Source of the DNA: Erysipelotrichales bacterium
Lineage (GTDB): Bacteria; Bacillota_I; Bacilli_A; RFN20; CAG-826
Assembly: GCA_022508525.1 (NCBI GenBank)
Contig: JAFLVA010000001.1
Span: 90,879 to 154,878, forward strand
Direction of reading: 5' to 3'
DNA length: 64,000 nt
Positions 9,209 to 18,184 of the stretch are shown piece by piece (positions within the stretch are counted from its first letter, which is position 1; every line of letters starts with the position of its first letter). The notes under the pieces were generated by a model that was given only the letters and a program-made list of their open reading frames with translations, was not told the DNA's origin and made no database searches. The translations under genes and the position numbers were made by a program.

Positions 9209-10624
9209 TTAGATTAAACTATTGTAAAAGTCATCAAGGAATTCCAAACCAAAAGTTGAATTTCCGAATTGAGTTAACGTAAATGATATAGTTTCATCAA
9301 TAAATTCTAAAGTTTCCATGTTATATACATACCCAGTGATGTTTATTATGGAAAATTCTTCATTAAGTTCTATTTCTGCAGCACCAATAAATTTACCTTC
9401 TTCAAGTAAAGCACTATCAAAATTATTACTGTAATTCATTAAATTAATCATAGATTCAAGTGAACCATCAGAAATTAGTTTGCCTTCCATTTCCATAAAT
9501 GTTTCGTCAATTAGAGCTGATGGGAATACACCAGTAATTTCGGATAACGATGAAATAGAATAGTTTCTATCTCCTAGTTCAGGAGTTGATGAAGTGAGAT
9601 TAAAATCATATATTCCTGCTCCACGATCATCGTTTGCAGGGAGTTTAATAAATCCTTCGCTAGTAAATCCATCAACTACAAAGTTTTCAGTTACGATTCT
9701 GTAAAATTTTTCAACAGATGGATCAGTTATAACGTAGTTTTGTAAATCTAACAATGCTTTTATTTTGTCTTTAAGACTTAATTGTTCATTTCCGCCATCT
9801 TCTAAAGCACCATTACCATCTTCTAAGTAGGTGGTTATTTCATCAATTGCAGTTGTTCCAATATCACTAACAGTCAGGCGTGTTAGTGATCCCCAAGAGT
9901 CTTTGAATTCTATTACTAAACCTGTCTTGTTCTCTGACAAACTAATGTGGCTAGAAGCATTGTTATCATACATATAACTTTGGGCCATCATTTCATCTAG
10001 CAGAGGAAGTACAGCTTGAATGTCGATATCAAACATTTTAGAGTTGTCCTCATTAGCAGTAAGTTCGCTAAAATTATCAGCATCTACGAGATTAAATGAA
10101 TGAGCTAAGTAGACTAAATCTCCCCAATTGTCTTCAATTTGTGTTGTGTATAGACCATGAAGTTTTTCACCCTCATCATTTTCTAAATATGCTGTAGTAG
10201 GGACTGCCACTTCATCTTCGATTGTATAACCGAAAATACCCTCATCATTTTCCGCATATGCAATCTCTTCATCTCCCATATAAGGGACTGTATGAATGGT
10301 ATAGAATGCATTTGGAAGAATTTTTGTCACAAAGGTTTCTTCATCCGCTAATGATTCAACAACTATTGTATAATTGTTATCTTCAATTAGTGTTTCAATC
10401 ATTTTTTGAATTAGTACATCATCTTCAATAGGTTCAGGAGTTGTTGAATCTGAGGTTGCTCCTGAAAATGCTGAATCTGAAGAAGTTGCATCAGATGTCG
10501 GCTGTGATGTTTCACTGGTTGATACGCTTGGCATAGAGGACTCTTCACTAGTGGAAGGGTCATTTTTGTTACATGCGACTAATGCTAAACTACAAATAGC
10601 TAAAATTAAAAGTTTTTTGTTCAT
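9209..10624 (-). CDS. Lipoprotein of unknown function, paralogue of 7810-9192
   Basis: Start reassigned to MNKKLLILAICSLALVAC-N (RBS AAAAGGAG). A promoter lies inside the track's 47-aa N-terminal extension. Long S/T/E-rich tether. Motifs TRLTVSDIGTTAI and SFTLTQFGNSTF parallel the neighbouring gene. Confidence 0.6.
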   Translation of the reverse strand: MNKKLLILAICSLALVACNKNDPSTSEESSMPSVSTSETSQPTSDATSSDSAFSGATSDSTTPEPIEDDVLIQKMIETLIEDNNYTIVVESLADEETFVTKILPNAFYTIHTVPYMGDEEIAYAENDEGIFGYTIEDEVAVPTTAYLENDEGEKLHGLYTTQIEDNWGDLVYLAHSFNLVDADNFSELTANEDNSKMFDIDIQAVLPLLDEMMAQSYMYDNNASSHISLSENKTGLVIEFKDSWGSLTRLTVSDIGTTAIDEITTYLEDGNGALEDGGNEQLSLKDKIKALLDLQNYVITDPSVEKFYRIVTENFVVDGFTSEGFIKLPANDDRGAGIYDFNLTSSTPELGDRNYSISSLSEITGVFPSALIDETFMEMEGKLISDGSLESMINLMNYSNNFDSALLEEGKFIGAAEIELNEEFSIINITGYVYNMETLEFIDETISFTLTQFGNSTFGLEFLDDFYNSLI

Positions 10625-10670
10625 AATTATTTCTCCTTTTCTCTTAAAAACTTTATATATAATTTTTAAA

Positions 10671-10699
10671 ATTATACTAGTTTTAAATAGTAAAGGCAA
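10671..10699 (-). promoter_or_regulatory. Sigma-A-type promoter of the lipoprotein operon
   Basis: On the minus strand: TTGCCT (10699-10694), 17-nt spacer, TATAAT (10676-10671). About 40 nt upstream of the ATG at 10624. Confidence 0.55.
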
Positions 10700-10885
10700 C
10701 ATTTTTATTAATGACTGACTTATATAAACAGCTAATGAAATATTTTTAATGAAGAAATAACGCATAAAATGATGCCTTTATATTAATGGAAAATATTTCC
10801 GAATAAAAAAAATTTATATTTTTCAATTTAAACTATCTTTTTTATTTTAATTTTATTAAAATATTGTAGGAACGGAGGAAGGTAT

Positions 10886-11218
10886 ATGAATCGAGAAACG
10901 CGAGTTCAAAAATATGCTAAACTTCGTGAAGATATTGATAACATTGATGAAACAATATTAGGTAACATTCAAAAAAAGAAATTTGATGTTGTAAAAGAGT
11001 CTATGAAACACGGGACTCAATCTAAAGAAAAGAGTAATATCAATACATCTAATTTATCTATTGAGGATATTTTAGAAGGTCATTCAAAGTACGTGGACTT
11101 AGAAAATTATCAAATTGATAAACATAAATCAAAACCAAAAACAAAGCTATTTATTTTGTTAGGTGTTGTATTTGTTGTTGTAATTGTTCTAGTTATGATA
11201 GCGTTGTTTAGGAGGTAG
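10886..11218 (+). CDS. Hypothetical tail-anchored membrane protein
   Basis: RBS GGAGGAAGG. Hydrophilic K/E-rich body and a single C-terminal TM (LFILLGVVFVVVIVLVMIALF). No family recognised. Confidence 0.45.
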   Translation: MNRETRVQKYAKLREDIDNIDETILGNIQKKKFDVVKESMKHGTQSKEKSNINTSNLSIEDILEGHSKYVDLENYQIDKHKSKPKTKLFILLGVVFVVVIVLVMIALFRR

Positions 11219-11223
11219 TAAAT

Positions 11224-11889
11224 ATGAAAAAGATGATTGTAGCGATTGATGGACCTGCAGCAGCTGGAAAATCAACAATAGCTAAAAAAGTTGCAAGTAT
11301 TTTAGGTTATACATATGTAGATACAGGTGCAATGTATCGTGCTTTTACTTACTATGTCTTAAAAAATGGTATTGATCCTAAAGATGAATCAGCATCAATT
11401 GCTGTTATTAAAGATGTAGATATCAAATTAGAACCTAATGGAAAAGTTTTGTGTAATGATGAAGATGTTACTGCTGTAATTCGTTCAAATGAAGTGTCTC
11501 AAAATGTATCTTTCATTGCTTCTTATAAAGAAATAAGACTTGAGCTAGTAAAGGCCCAAAGAAAAATGGCGGAATCTGTTTCTGTGGTTATGGATGGAAG
11601 AGATATAGGAACTTATGTTTTACCTAATGCGAATGTAAAAATTTATCAAGTAGCATCTGTTAAGGCAAGAGCAGAAAGACGTTTTAAAGAAAACATTGAA
11701 AAAGGAATACCTTGCACGATAGAGCAACTAGAAAAGGATATTGAAAGAAGAGATTATATAGATTCACATCGTGATTTTGCACCATTAAAACAAGCTGAAG
11801 ACGCTATTCTTTTAGATACCTCAGATATGACAATTGATGAAGTCGTTAATAAAGTTTTAGAAATTATTAAAGAAAAGGCTGGAAATTAA
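11224..11889 (+). CDS. cmk: Cytidylate kinase
   Basis: IAIDGPAAAGKSTIAK P-loop, YVDTGAMYRA, DGRDIGT. Confidence 0.92.
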   Translation: MKKMIVAIDGPAAAGKSTIAKKVASILGYTYVDTGAMYRAFTYYVLKNGIDPKDESASIAVIKDVDIKLEPNGKVLCNDEDVTAVIRSNEVSQNVSFIASYKEIRLELVKAQRKMAESVSVVMDGRDIGTYVLPNANVKIYQVASVKARAERRFKENIEKGIPCTIEQLEKDIERRDYIDSHRDFAPLKQAEDAILLDTSDMTIDEVVNKVLEIIKEKAGN

Positions 11890-11891
11890 CA

Positions 11892-13199
11892 ATGACTAAT
11901 GGTGTTGTTGCAGTTGTTGGCTCTCCTAATGTTGGAAAATCGACAATTTTCAATCGTATCGTAGGAAAAAGACACTCTATTGTCGATGATGCTGCAGGTA
12001 TTACTAGAGATAGAATATACGCCAAAGCATCATGGTTGACAAAAGAGTTTTCAGTTATTGATACCGGTGGAGTAGAAATAGAAAGTGTTCCATTTCAAAA
12101 GCAAATTAGAGCACAAGTAGAAATAGCAATTGAAGAGGCTGATGTCATTGTTTTTGTTGTGGATGGTAAAGTTGGTATAACACGGGATGATAGAATTGTA
12201 GCAAAAATGTTATACAAATCTAATAAACCTATAATTTTGGCAGTAAACAAAATTGACTCTATTGAACAAATGGATAATATTAGTGAATTTTATGCTTTGG
12301 GCTTAGGGGATCCATTGGCTATTTCCGGTGCCCATGGCATTGGTATTGGCGATTTACTTGATAAGATAATTGCGATTCTTCCTGAAAAGAAAAATAAAGA
12401 ATACGAAGATATGATTTGTTTTTCTCTTATCGGAAGACCAAATGTCGGAAAATCTAGTTTAGTAAATGCTATATTGAATCAAAATCGTGTAATAGTATCA
12501 AATATCGAAGGTACAACACGAGACGCTATTGACACACCTTTTAAAAGAGAAGGAAAAAACTATATGGTCATTGATACTGCGGGATTAAAAAAACGCGGTA
12601 AAATATATGAATCTGTAGATAAATATAGTGCATTACGTGCATTAAGTGCGATTGAAAGAAGCCAAATAGTTTTACTTGTTATTGATGCAAAAGATGGTAT
12701 AAAAGAGCAAGACAAGCATGTAGTTGGATATGCCATCGAAGCAAAAAAATCAATCATAATTGTAGTCAATAAATGGGATGCAATTGAAAAGAATGAAAAA
12801 ACAATGGCAGAGTTTACCAAAACGGTTCGAGATAATTTTAAATTTTTAGATTATGCTCCAATAGTATTTGTCTCTGCATTAAATAAAAGTAGAATTAATA
12901 CTATCTTTGATGCTATAGATGCATCATATGAGGCTTATAATACTCGTGTTGCGACTTCAGTCTTAAATGAAGTTATGCAAGATGCACAAATTATGAATCC
13001 TGCTCCATATTTTAATGGAGGAAGAATTAGAATATTCTTTGCAAATCAAGTATCTGTATGTCCTCCTACTTTCGTTTTATTTGTAAATGATCCAAATTAT
13101 ATGCATTTTTCATATAATAGATATATAGAAAATAGATTAAGAGATACTTTTGATTTTAGTGGTACACCAATTAATATCATTTGTCGTGAAAGAAAATAA
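11892..13199 (+). CDS. der: Ribosome-biogenesis GTPase Der (EngA), double GTPase domain
   Basis: Two G domains (GSPNVGKST / GRPNVGKSS, DTGG / DTAG, NKID / NKWD) plus a KH-like C-terminus. Confidence 0.95.
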   Translation: MTNGVVAVVGSPNVGKSTIFNRIVGKRHSIVDDAAGITRDRIYAKASWLTKEFSVIDTGGVEIESVPFQKQIRAQVEIAIEEADVIVFVVDGKVGITRDDRIVAKMLYKSNKPIILAVNKIDSIEQMDNISEFYALGLGDPLAISGAHGIGIGDLLDKIIAILPEKKNKEYEDMICFSLIGRPNVGKSSLVNAILNQNRVIVSNIEGTTRDAIDTPFKREGKNYMVIDTAGLKKRGKIYESVDKYSALRALSAIERSQIVLLVIDAKDGIKEQDKHVVGYAIEAKKSIIIVVNKWDAIEKNEKTMAEFTKTVRDNFKFLDYAPIVFVSALNKSRINTIFDAIDASYEAYNTRVATSVLNEVMQDAQIMNPAPYFNGGRIRIFFANQVSVCPPTFVLFVNDPNYMHFSYNRYIENRLRDTFDFSGTPINIICRERK

Positions 13200-13240
13200 C
13201 ATTTTATGAATCACTGCATATGATAATTTGGGTGATTATC

Positions 13241-13477
13241 ATGGATGATTCAATATTTGATAAGGTTGAAAAGAAAACAAATGTCAAAAAGAATGATATT
13301 CTTAAATTGGCCAAATCTTTATCTGGCAAAGATTTAAATGATGAAAAAGTTTTGCGATCCTTAATTAAGGATGTGGCTAAACTTGCAAATAAGCCAGTCT
13401 CTAAGGAAAAAGAAGAAAAAATTATTAATGCAGTTAAAAAAGACAAAATTCCAAAGAATCTAAATAAAATAATTTGA
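13241..13477 (+). CDS. spoVIF: Small sporulation protein resembling SpoVIF (YjcC family)
   Basis: MDDSIFDKVEKKTNVKKNDILKLAKSL...EKVLRSLIKDVAKLANKPVSKEKEEKII resembles my recollection of B. subtilis SpoVIF. RBS GGGTGA precedes the ATG at 13241. Confidence 0.5.
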   Translation: MDDSIFDKVEKKTNVKKNDILKLAKSLSGKDLNDEKVLRSLIKDVAKLANKPVSKEKEEKIINAVKKDKIPKNLNKII

Positions 13478-13568
13478 TAAGGCACATAACAAATGTGTCT
13501 TTTTTTGTTCTAAATAAATAATCCCAATCATAATTATTAACGAGTAAGTAATTTTAGGAGGTTGCTAT

Positions 13569-15047
13569 ATGGAAACTCAATCCGTGCTAAAAGATATTGG
13601 TTTAAGAAATAATGGTGACATTTATTTGGGTGTTGTTGGTCCTGTGCGCGTTGGAAAATCAACATTTATTAAAAGATTTATGGAAGTGTTGGTAATCCCT
13701 CGAATTATCAATGAAGATGAGAAAAAAAGAGCAATGGATGAACTTCCACAATCGGGAACCGGAAAGACAATTATGACAATGGAACCAAAATTTGTTCCTG
13801 CAAATGCAGCGGAGATTTTGGTTGAAGATAATTTGAGTGTGAAAGTTAGACTCATCGATTGTGTTGGTTATGTTATTGAAAGCGCACAAGGGTATTTAGA
13901 AGATGGCAATATGCGTCTTGTTAAAACACCATGGTTTAGTGAGACTATACCTTTTGATGACGCCGCAAAAATTGGAACACAAAAAGTAATTAAAGAACAT
14001 TCGACATTAGGAGTTTGTGTTTTAAGTGATGGAACAATTAATGAATTTAATCGCGCTGACTATATTTCTGCAGAGGAACAAGTTATTGAGGAATTAAATG
14101 CAATTAATAGGCCATATGTTATTGTTTTAAATAGTAAGACACCTACTGCAGATTCAACACTAAAAACCAAAGAAGAACTAGAAAGCAAATATAATGTTCC
14201 TGTTATTCCTTTAAATGTCGAAGAAATGAGTGAAAGAGATGCCACTAATATATTAAAAGAAGCATTATATCAATATCCAATTTCAAATATCGATGTGGCA
14301 TTGCCTTCTTGGGTTAGTGTTCTTGATGAAGAACATTATCTCAAAATTAGTATTAAGACTACTATTGAAGAGGCAATGAATACAGCAAAAACAATTCGTG
14401 ATGTGAATTCAATTAGTGAGATCATTAAACAGAATGAATATGTTTCTAATGCTACATTAGCAAATGTAGATACTGGAAGTGGCGTAGTTACTTTACAAAT
14501 GGATGTAAAAGATGGGCTATATGAAGTGATTTTAAAAGAATTAGTGGGCTGTGAAATATCTGATAAGGCACAATTGATTGCAGTATTAACAGATTTTGTA
14601 AAAGCTAAAAAGGATTATGAACTTCTAGGCACAGCTTTAAAAACAGCAGAAGCTACGGGATATGGATTTTCAAGCGCTAGTCTTGACAATATGAAAATAG
14701 AAAAACCTACTGCAACAAAATCTTCTAATAGATATGGCGTAAAAGTCAAAGCGACGGCGTCGACATATCACATTATTAAAGTAGATTTAGAAACATCGTT
14801 TGAACCAACACTTGGATCAAAAATGCAAAGTGATTATTTCCTAGACTATTTGTTAAAAGCTTACGAAGAAGATCCTAAAAAGATTTTAGATTGCGAGATC
14901 TTTGGACAGAAGTTTGGCGATATAATTAAGGCTGGCATAACTGGCAAACTTGCAACATTACCAGAACCTGTAAAGATTAAATTACAGCAATTAGTAAAGA
15001 CTATTTCTAATAAAGGAAAAACAAATTTAATAGCATTCGTATTTTAG
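13569..15047 (+). CDS. spoIVA: Stage IV sporulation protein A (spore coat basement-layer ATPase)
   Basis: 492 aa, with IYLGVVGPVRVGKSTFIKRFME Walker A and full-length SpoIVA-like sequence. Adjacent to hbs, as in Bacillus. Confidence 0.92.
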   Translation: METQSVLKDIGLRNNGDIYLGVVGPVRVGKSTFIKRFMEVLVIPRIINEDEKKRAMDELPQSGTGKTIMTMEPKFVPANAAEILVEDNLSVKVRLIDCVGYVIESAQGYLEDGNMRLVKTPWFSETIPFDDAAKIGTQKVIKEHSTLGVCVLSDGTINEFNRADYISAEEQVIEELNAINRPYVIVLNSKTPTADSTLKTKEELESKYNVPVIPLNVEEMSERDATNILKEALYQYPISNIDVALPSWVSVLDEEHYLKISIKTTIEEAMNTAKTIRDVNSISEIIKQNEYVSNATLANVDTGSGVVTLQMDVKDGLYEVILKELVGCEISDKAQLIAVLTDFVKAKKDYELLGTALKTAEATGYGFSSASLDNMKIEKPTATKSSNRYGVKVKATASTYHIIKVDLETSFEPTLGSKMQSDYFLDYLLKAYEEDPKKILDCEIFGQKFGDIIKAGITGKLATLPEPVKIKLQQLVKTISNKGKTNLIAFVF

Positions 15048-15075
15048 TCACATACTATATGTGACTTTTCTTTTT
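15046..15075 (+). terminator. Rho-independent terminator after spoIVA
   Basis: agtcacata-cta-tatgtgact hairpin followed by a T-rich tract. Confidence 0.75.
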
Positions 15076-15199
15076 AAAACGGCTTAAAATCGGCATTTTT
15101 TCGAACTACAAGCATAAAAGAAAGTAAAAGTCAAGACTTAACATTTACAATAAGTGTTATTATGATTTAGAAAAAGAGAAAAAATGGAGGTCTCTAATA

Positions 15200-15472
15200 A
15201 TGAACAAAGTTGATTTAGTCGAATTAGTTGCTGAGAAAGCTCATTTAACAAAGAAAGATGCTGCTGTTGCTGTTGATGCAATTTTTGATGGCATGGTCGA
15301 GGCTCTTGTTAAAGGTGATGATGTCCGTGTTGCAGGATTTGGTACTGTTGCAGTTAAAGAACGTAAAGCTCGTAAAGGTGTCAATCCATCAACTCATGAA
15401 GAAATGGAAATTCCAGCATCTAAAGTTGTTACATTTAAAGTCGCTAAAGTATTAAAAGAAAAATTAAACTAA
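15200..15472 (+). CDS. hup: DNA-binding protein HU
   Basis: MNKVDLVELVAEKAHLTKKDAAVAVDAIF...GFGTVAVKERKARKGVNPST is the classic HU/IHF fold sequence. Confidence 0.93.
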   Translation: MNKVDLVELVAEKAHLTKKDAAVAVDAIFDGMVEALVKGDDVRVAGFGTVAVKERKARKGVNPSTHEEMEIPASKVVTFKVAKVLKEKLN

Positions 15473-15490
15473 TTAACTTTTGACAATCTA

Positions 15491-15519
15491 AGAAGGGATT
15501 TTATTCCCTTCTTTTTTTT
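15491..15519 (+). terminator. Rho-independent terminator after hup
   Basis: agaaggga-loop-tcccttct followed by T8. Confidence 0.8.
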
Positions 15520-15556
15520 ATGCTTTTTTCATATATTCTAGTTAAGGGTGAGATTA

Positions 15557-16186
15557 ATGAAATTAGTATTAAATGGTTTTAGTGGGAAAATGGGAAGCGT
15601 TGTGTATGAATATTTAAAACAAAATCATGAGTTTATAGGACTAGGAGATTTAGAAAACAAAATTACTGAAGATATGATTAAAAAATGTGATGCAATAATT
15701 GATTTTTCTTCTAGAGATTCCTCATTATCAATATTTAAAATGGCAACAAAATATCATAAAAACATGATTGTGGGAACGACTGGATTTTTAGATACTGATT
15801 TAAAATATTTCGAAGAAAAAAGCAAAGAAGCAAATATATCATTGTTTGTTGTTTATAATTTTTTACCTAGTGTTCATCATTTGAAAAAGTTTATTGATTC
15901 TTTGGACTTTGATAAACTATACATTACAGAAAGTCATCATAAATCGAAAAAAGATAAACCAAGTGGAACAGCAAAATTTCTTTTGACTGATTTGGCTAAA
16001 GAAAAAGTTGAAGTGGCAAGCATTAGAACTGATTTTTATTGTTATGAACACAAAATAGAAGTTATTAATGAATTTGAAACTATCGAAATTGTTCATAGAT
16101 GTTATAATAAAGTTGGCTACGCCAAAGGAGTTGAATTAGCTTTGCAACAATTAGGAACTTTTGTTGGATTAAAGCAAAATATTTAA
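15557..16186 (+). CDS. dapB: 4-hydroxy-tetrahydrodipicolinate reductase (compact form, about 209 aa)
   Basis: NGFSGKMGS dinucleotide-binding motif, VGTTGF, ESHHKSKKDKPSGTA (E.HH..K.D.PSGTA signature). Confidence 0.75.
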   Translation: MKLVLNGFSGKMGSVVYEYLKQNHEFIGLGDLENKITEDMIKKCDAIIDFSSRDSSLSIFKMATKYHKNMIVGTTGFLDTDLKYFEEKSKEANISLFVVYNFLPSVHHLKKFIDSLDFDKLYITESHHKSKKDKPSGTAKFLLTDLAKEKVEVASIRTDFYCYEHKIEVINEFETIEIVHRCYNKVGYAKGVELALQQLGTFVGLKQNI

Positions 16187-16860
16187 TGGAATTACTGGAA
16201 CTATTAAAAAAAGTAACTAAAACATTTAACTCACATGGTTTCTTTCTTTATGCTGTCGGAGGTACTGTGCGAGATTTTTTGCTTGGAAAAGAAGTGAAAG
16301 ATTTCGATTTTGTTACCGATGCAACGCCAGAAGAAATGGAGTCATTTTTAGAAAATTATAATAATGTCTTTAAAAGATTTGGCGTAATGATATGCAAATT
16401 TGATAATACGCGCATCGAAATAACAACTTTGAGACAAGAAACTTCATACAAAGATTCACGTCATCCAGATAAAATAACTTTCGTAAATAATATTTCAGAA
16501 GATTATTTAAGGCGCGACTTTACAATTAATGCATTATATATGGATTATAAAGGTAAATTGTATGACTTTTGCAATGGTTTAGAAGATTTAAATAAAAAAA
16601 CAATAAGAGTAATTGGAGATGTTGATAAACGAATGAAAGAAGATCCGTTGCGTATATTGAGAGCGATTCGTTTTTCTATGATTTTAGATTTTGAGTTAGA
16701 GGATAATCTAGATACATATATACAAAATAATATTGATCTACTCAAAAAATTAAATGTGGAAAAAATAAAACAAGAAATAACAAAAATGATGAATTATGAT
16801 CAAGATAAGACTAATGTATTATTAAATAAATATAAAATTAATTTATTTAATATTAATTAA
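16186..16860 (+). CDS. cca: Class II tRNA nucleotidyltransferase/poly(A) polymerase-family protein, head and neck only (224 aa)
   Basis: GGTVRDFLLGKEVKDFDFVT (motif A), RRDFTINA (motif B), EDPLRILRAIRF (motif D). The ORF stops ~60 aa after motif D, with only 18 nt before dnaD. Confidence 0.75.
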   Translation: MELLELLKKVTKTFNSHGFFLYAVGGTVRDFLLGKEVKDFDFVTDATPEEMESFLENYNNVFKRFGVMICKFDNTRIEITTLRQETSYKDSRHPDKITFVNNISEDYLRRDFTINALYMDYKGKLYDFCNGLEDLNKKTIRVIGDVDKRMKEDPLRILRAIRFSMILDFELEDNLDTYIQNNIDLLKKLNVEKIKQEITKMMNYDQDKTNVLLNKYKINLFNIN

Positions 16861-16896
16861 TAGTGTGATAATATTTATTTGCTTGGTGGTGATGTT

Positions 16897-17550
16897 ATGC
16901 CAAATAACTTAAAGGCTCTAGATTTTGATTACTTGTTAATTGAACACTATAAAAAAATGAATATTTCTGAAGATGAACTAGCAGTAATTTTAGTTCTTAA
17001 TCATTTGTTGAAACAACACAATGATATAATTACCGCAGAAGATTTATCTTTTAAAATGAATTTAGATGCTCAAAAAATAGATGAAATTCTCTCGATTTTG
17101 GTAAAAAAGAATATTGTGAATCTTGATTTTGCAAGAAATAAAGCAAGACTATCTTTAAAACCTTTATGGATGAAGCTCTTTAATCAATTTAAAATTGATA
17201 TTTTAAATGAGGAGGAAACTCAAAAGGAAGAAATTGCAAAGCAAGTTCAAAATATTTATGCAATTTTAGAGAGCGAATTAAAAAGAACTTTATCACCAAT
17301 TGAAATATCTCGCATTCAAGAGTGGTTTACAATGAATTATACTGAGGAAGATATTGTAAACGCTATTAAAGATTTAATTGCAATTAACAAAAAAATTACA
17401 ATTAAAGCAATTGATAAGAAATTACTTGCTAAGGCCAAAGCAGAAGAGATAGATAAAGAAGGTGTAACTGCCTTAAGTGATAATTGGTCAAAAAGTTTAG
17501 AAGAGACAATAAAATTAGCAAAGACAAAGTGGTTAGAAGATGATGAATAA
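16897..17550 (+). CDS. dnaD: DnaD-domain replication initiation/membrane attachment protein
   Basis: N-terminal winged-helix-like region plus C-terminal DnaD/DnaB_2-type region (LSPIEISRIQEWF...YTEEDIVNAI). dnaD-nth synteny as in Bacillus. Confidence 0.7.
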   Translation: MPNNLKALDFDYLLIEHYKKMNISEDELAVILVLNHLLKQHNDIITAEDLSFKMNLDAQKIDEILSILVKKNIVNLDFARNKARLSLKPLWMKLFNQFKIDILNEEETQKEEIAKQVQNIYAILESELKRTLSPIEISRIQEWFTMNYTEEDIVNAIKDLIAINKKITIKAIDKKLLAKAKAEEIDKEGVTALSDNWSKSLEETIKLAKTKWLEDDE

Positions 17551-18184
17551 TACTGAAAGAATATTTGCTTATTTAGAAGAATTATTTCCGGATGCTCATT
17601 GTGAATTAGAATATACTAAAGACTATGAATTACTTATTGCCATAATTTTATCTGCACAATGCACGGATAAAAGAGTGAATATGGTGACAAGGGAAATGTT
17701 TAAAAAATACACGACCCTTGAATCTATTAATGTTGCCTCTCTTAATGACATAGAAAATGAAATAAAATCTTTGGGCTTGTTTAAAAACAAAGCAAAAAGC
17801 ATTAAAGAAACAGTAAAAATATTAATTGAAGAATATGATGGCGAAATACCAGAAGATAAAAGCTTATTAATAAAACTTCCTGGTGTAGGAAATAAAACTG
17901 CAAATGTCTTTAGAGCTGAATGGCTTAAAGAACCTGAAATCGCAGTGGATACACATGTGGCAAGGGTCTCAAAAAGATTAGGATTTGCTAATGAAAAAGA
18001 CGATGTTGGCGTTGTCGAAAAGAAATTAAGAAAGCAGTTAAAACGCGAACAATATATAAAAGCCCATCATTTATTAATTCATTTTGGTCGATATTTCTGC
18101 AAAGCGGTAAATCCAAATTGTACGGAGTGCCAATTGAAAGATATTTGTAAATTATATAATTCTAAACTCACTAGAAAAAGCTAG
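17540..18184 (+). CDS. nth: Endonuclease III
   Basis: HhH-GPD (LPGVGNKTANV, VDTHV) and the 4Fe-4S cluster loop CKAVNPNCTECQLKDIC. Confidence 0.92.
   Translation: MMNNTERIFAYLEELFPDAHCELEYTKDYELLIAIILSAQCTDKRVNMVTREMFKKYTTLESINVASLNDIENEIKSLGLFKNKAKSIKETVKILIEEYDGEIPEDKSLLIKLPGVGNKTANVFRAEWLKEPEIAVDTHVARVSKRLGFANEKDDVGVVEKKLRKQLKREQYIKAHHLLIHFGRYFCKAVNPNCTECQLKDICKLYNSKLTRKS

Noticed and set aside
4796-10624. Lipoprotein operon as an analogue of the mollicute MIB-MIP immunoglobulin-cleavage system
   Set aside because: The protease here is an HExxH M6-type metallopeptidase, not a DUF31 serine protease, and no MIB-like sequence features are visible.
10625-10765. 47-aa N-terminal extension of the first lipoprotein ORF (track start 10765)
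   Set aside because: A good sigma-A promoter (10671-10699) lies inside the extension. A canonical signal peptide with an AAAAGGAG RBS begins at 10624.
13199-13225. Sigma-K-like promoter AC-N16-CATAtgaTA upstream of the spoVIF-like gene
   Set aside because: The motif fits the consensus, but a start site ~7 nt downstream would fall inside the GGGTGA RBS (13229-13235). It is therefore not reported as a feature, though dRNA-seq could revive it.
15258-15455. 65-aa alternative-frame ORF inside hup, plus other small nested ORFs in the track (for example 2589-2804, 3103-3336, 5410-5790, 13622-13889, 24506-24691, 51384-51575)
   Set aside because: All lie inside or antisense to confidently assigned genes, lack RBSs and have low-complexity compositions typical of off-frame translation of AT-rich coding DNA.
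15557-16186. Short DapB (~209 aa) as a pseudogene
   Set aside because: The NAD-binding, GTTGF and E.HH..K.D.PSGTA motifs are all present in one uninterrupted frame with tight operon coupling. It looks like a compact but intact enzyme.
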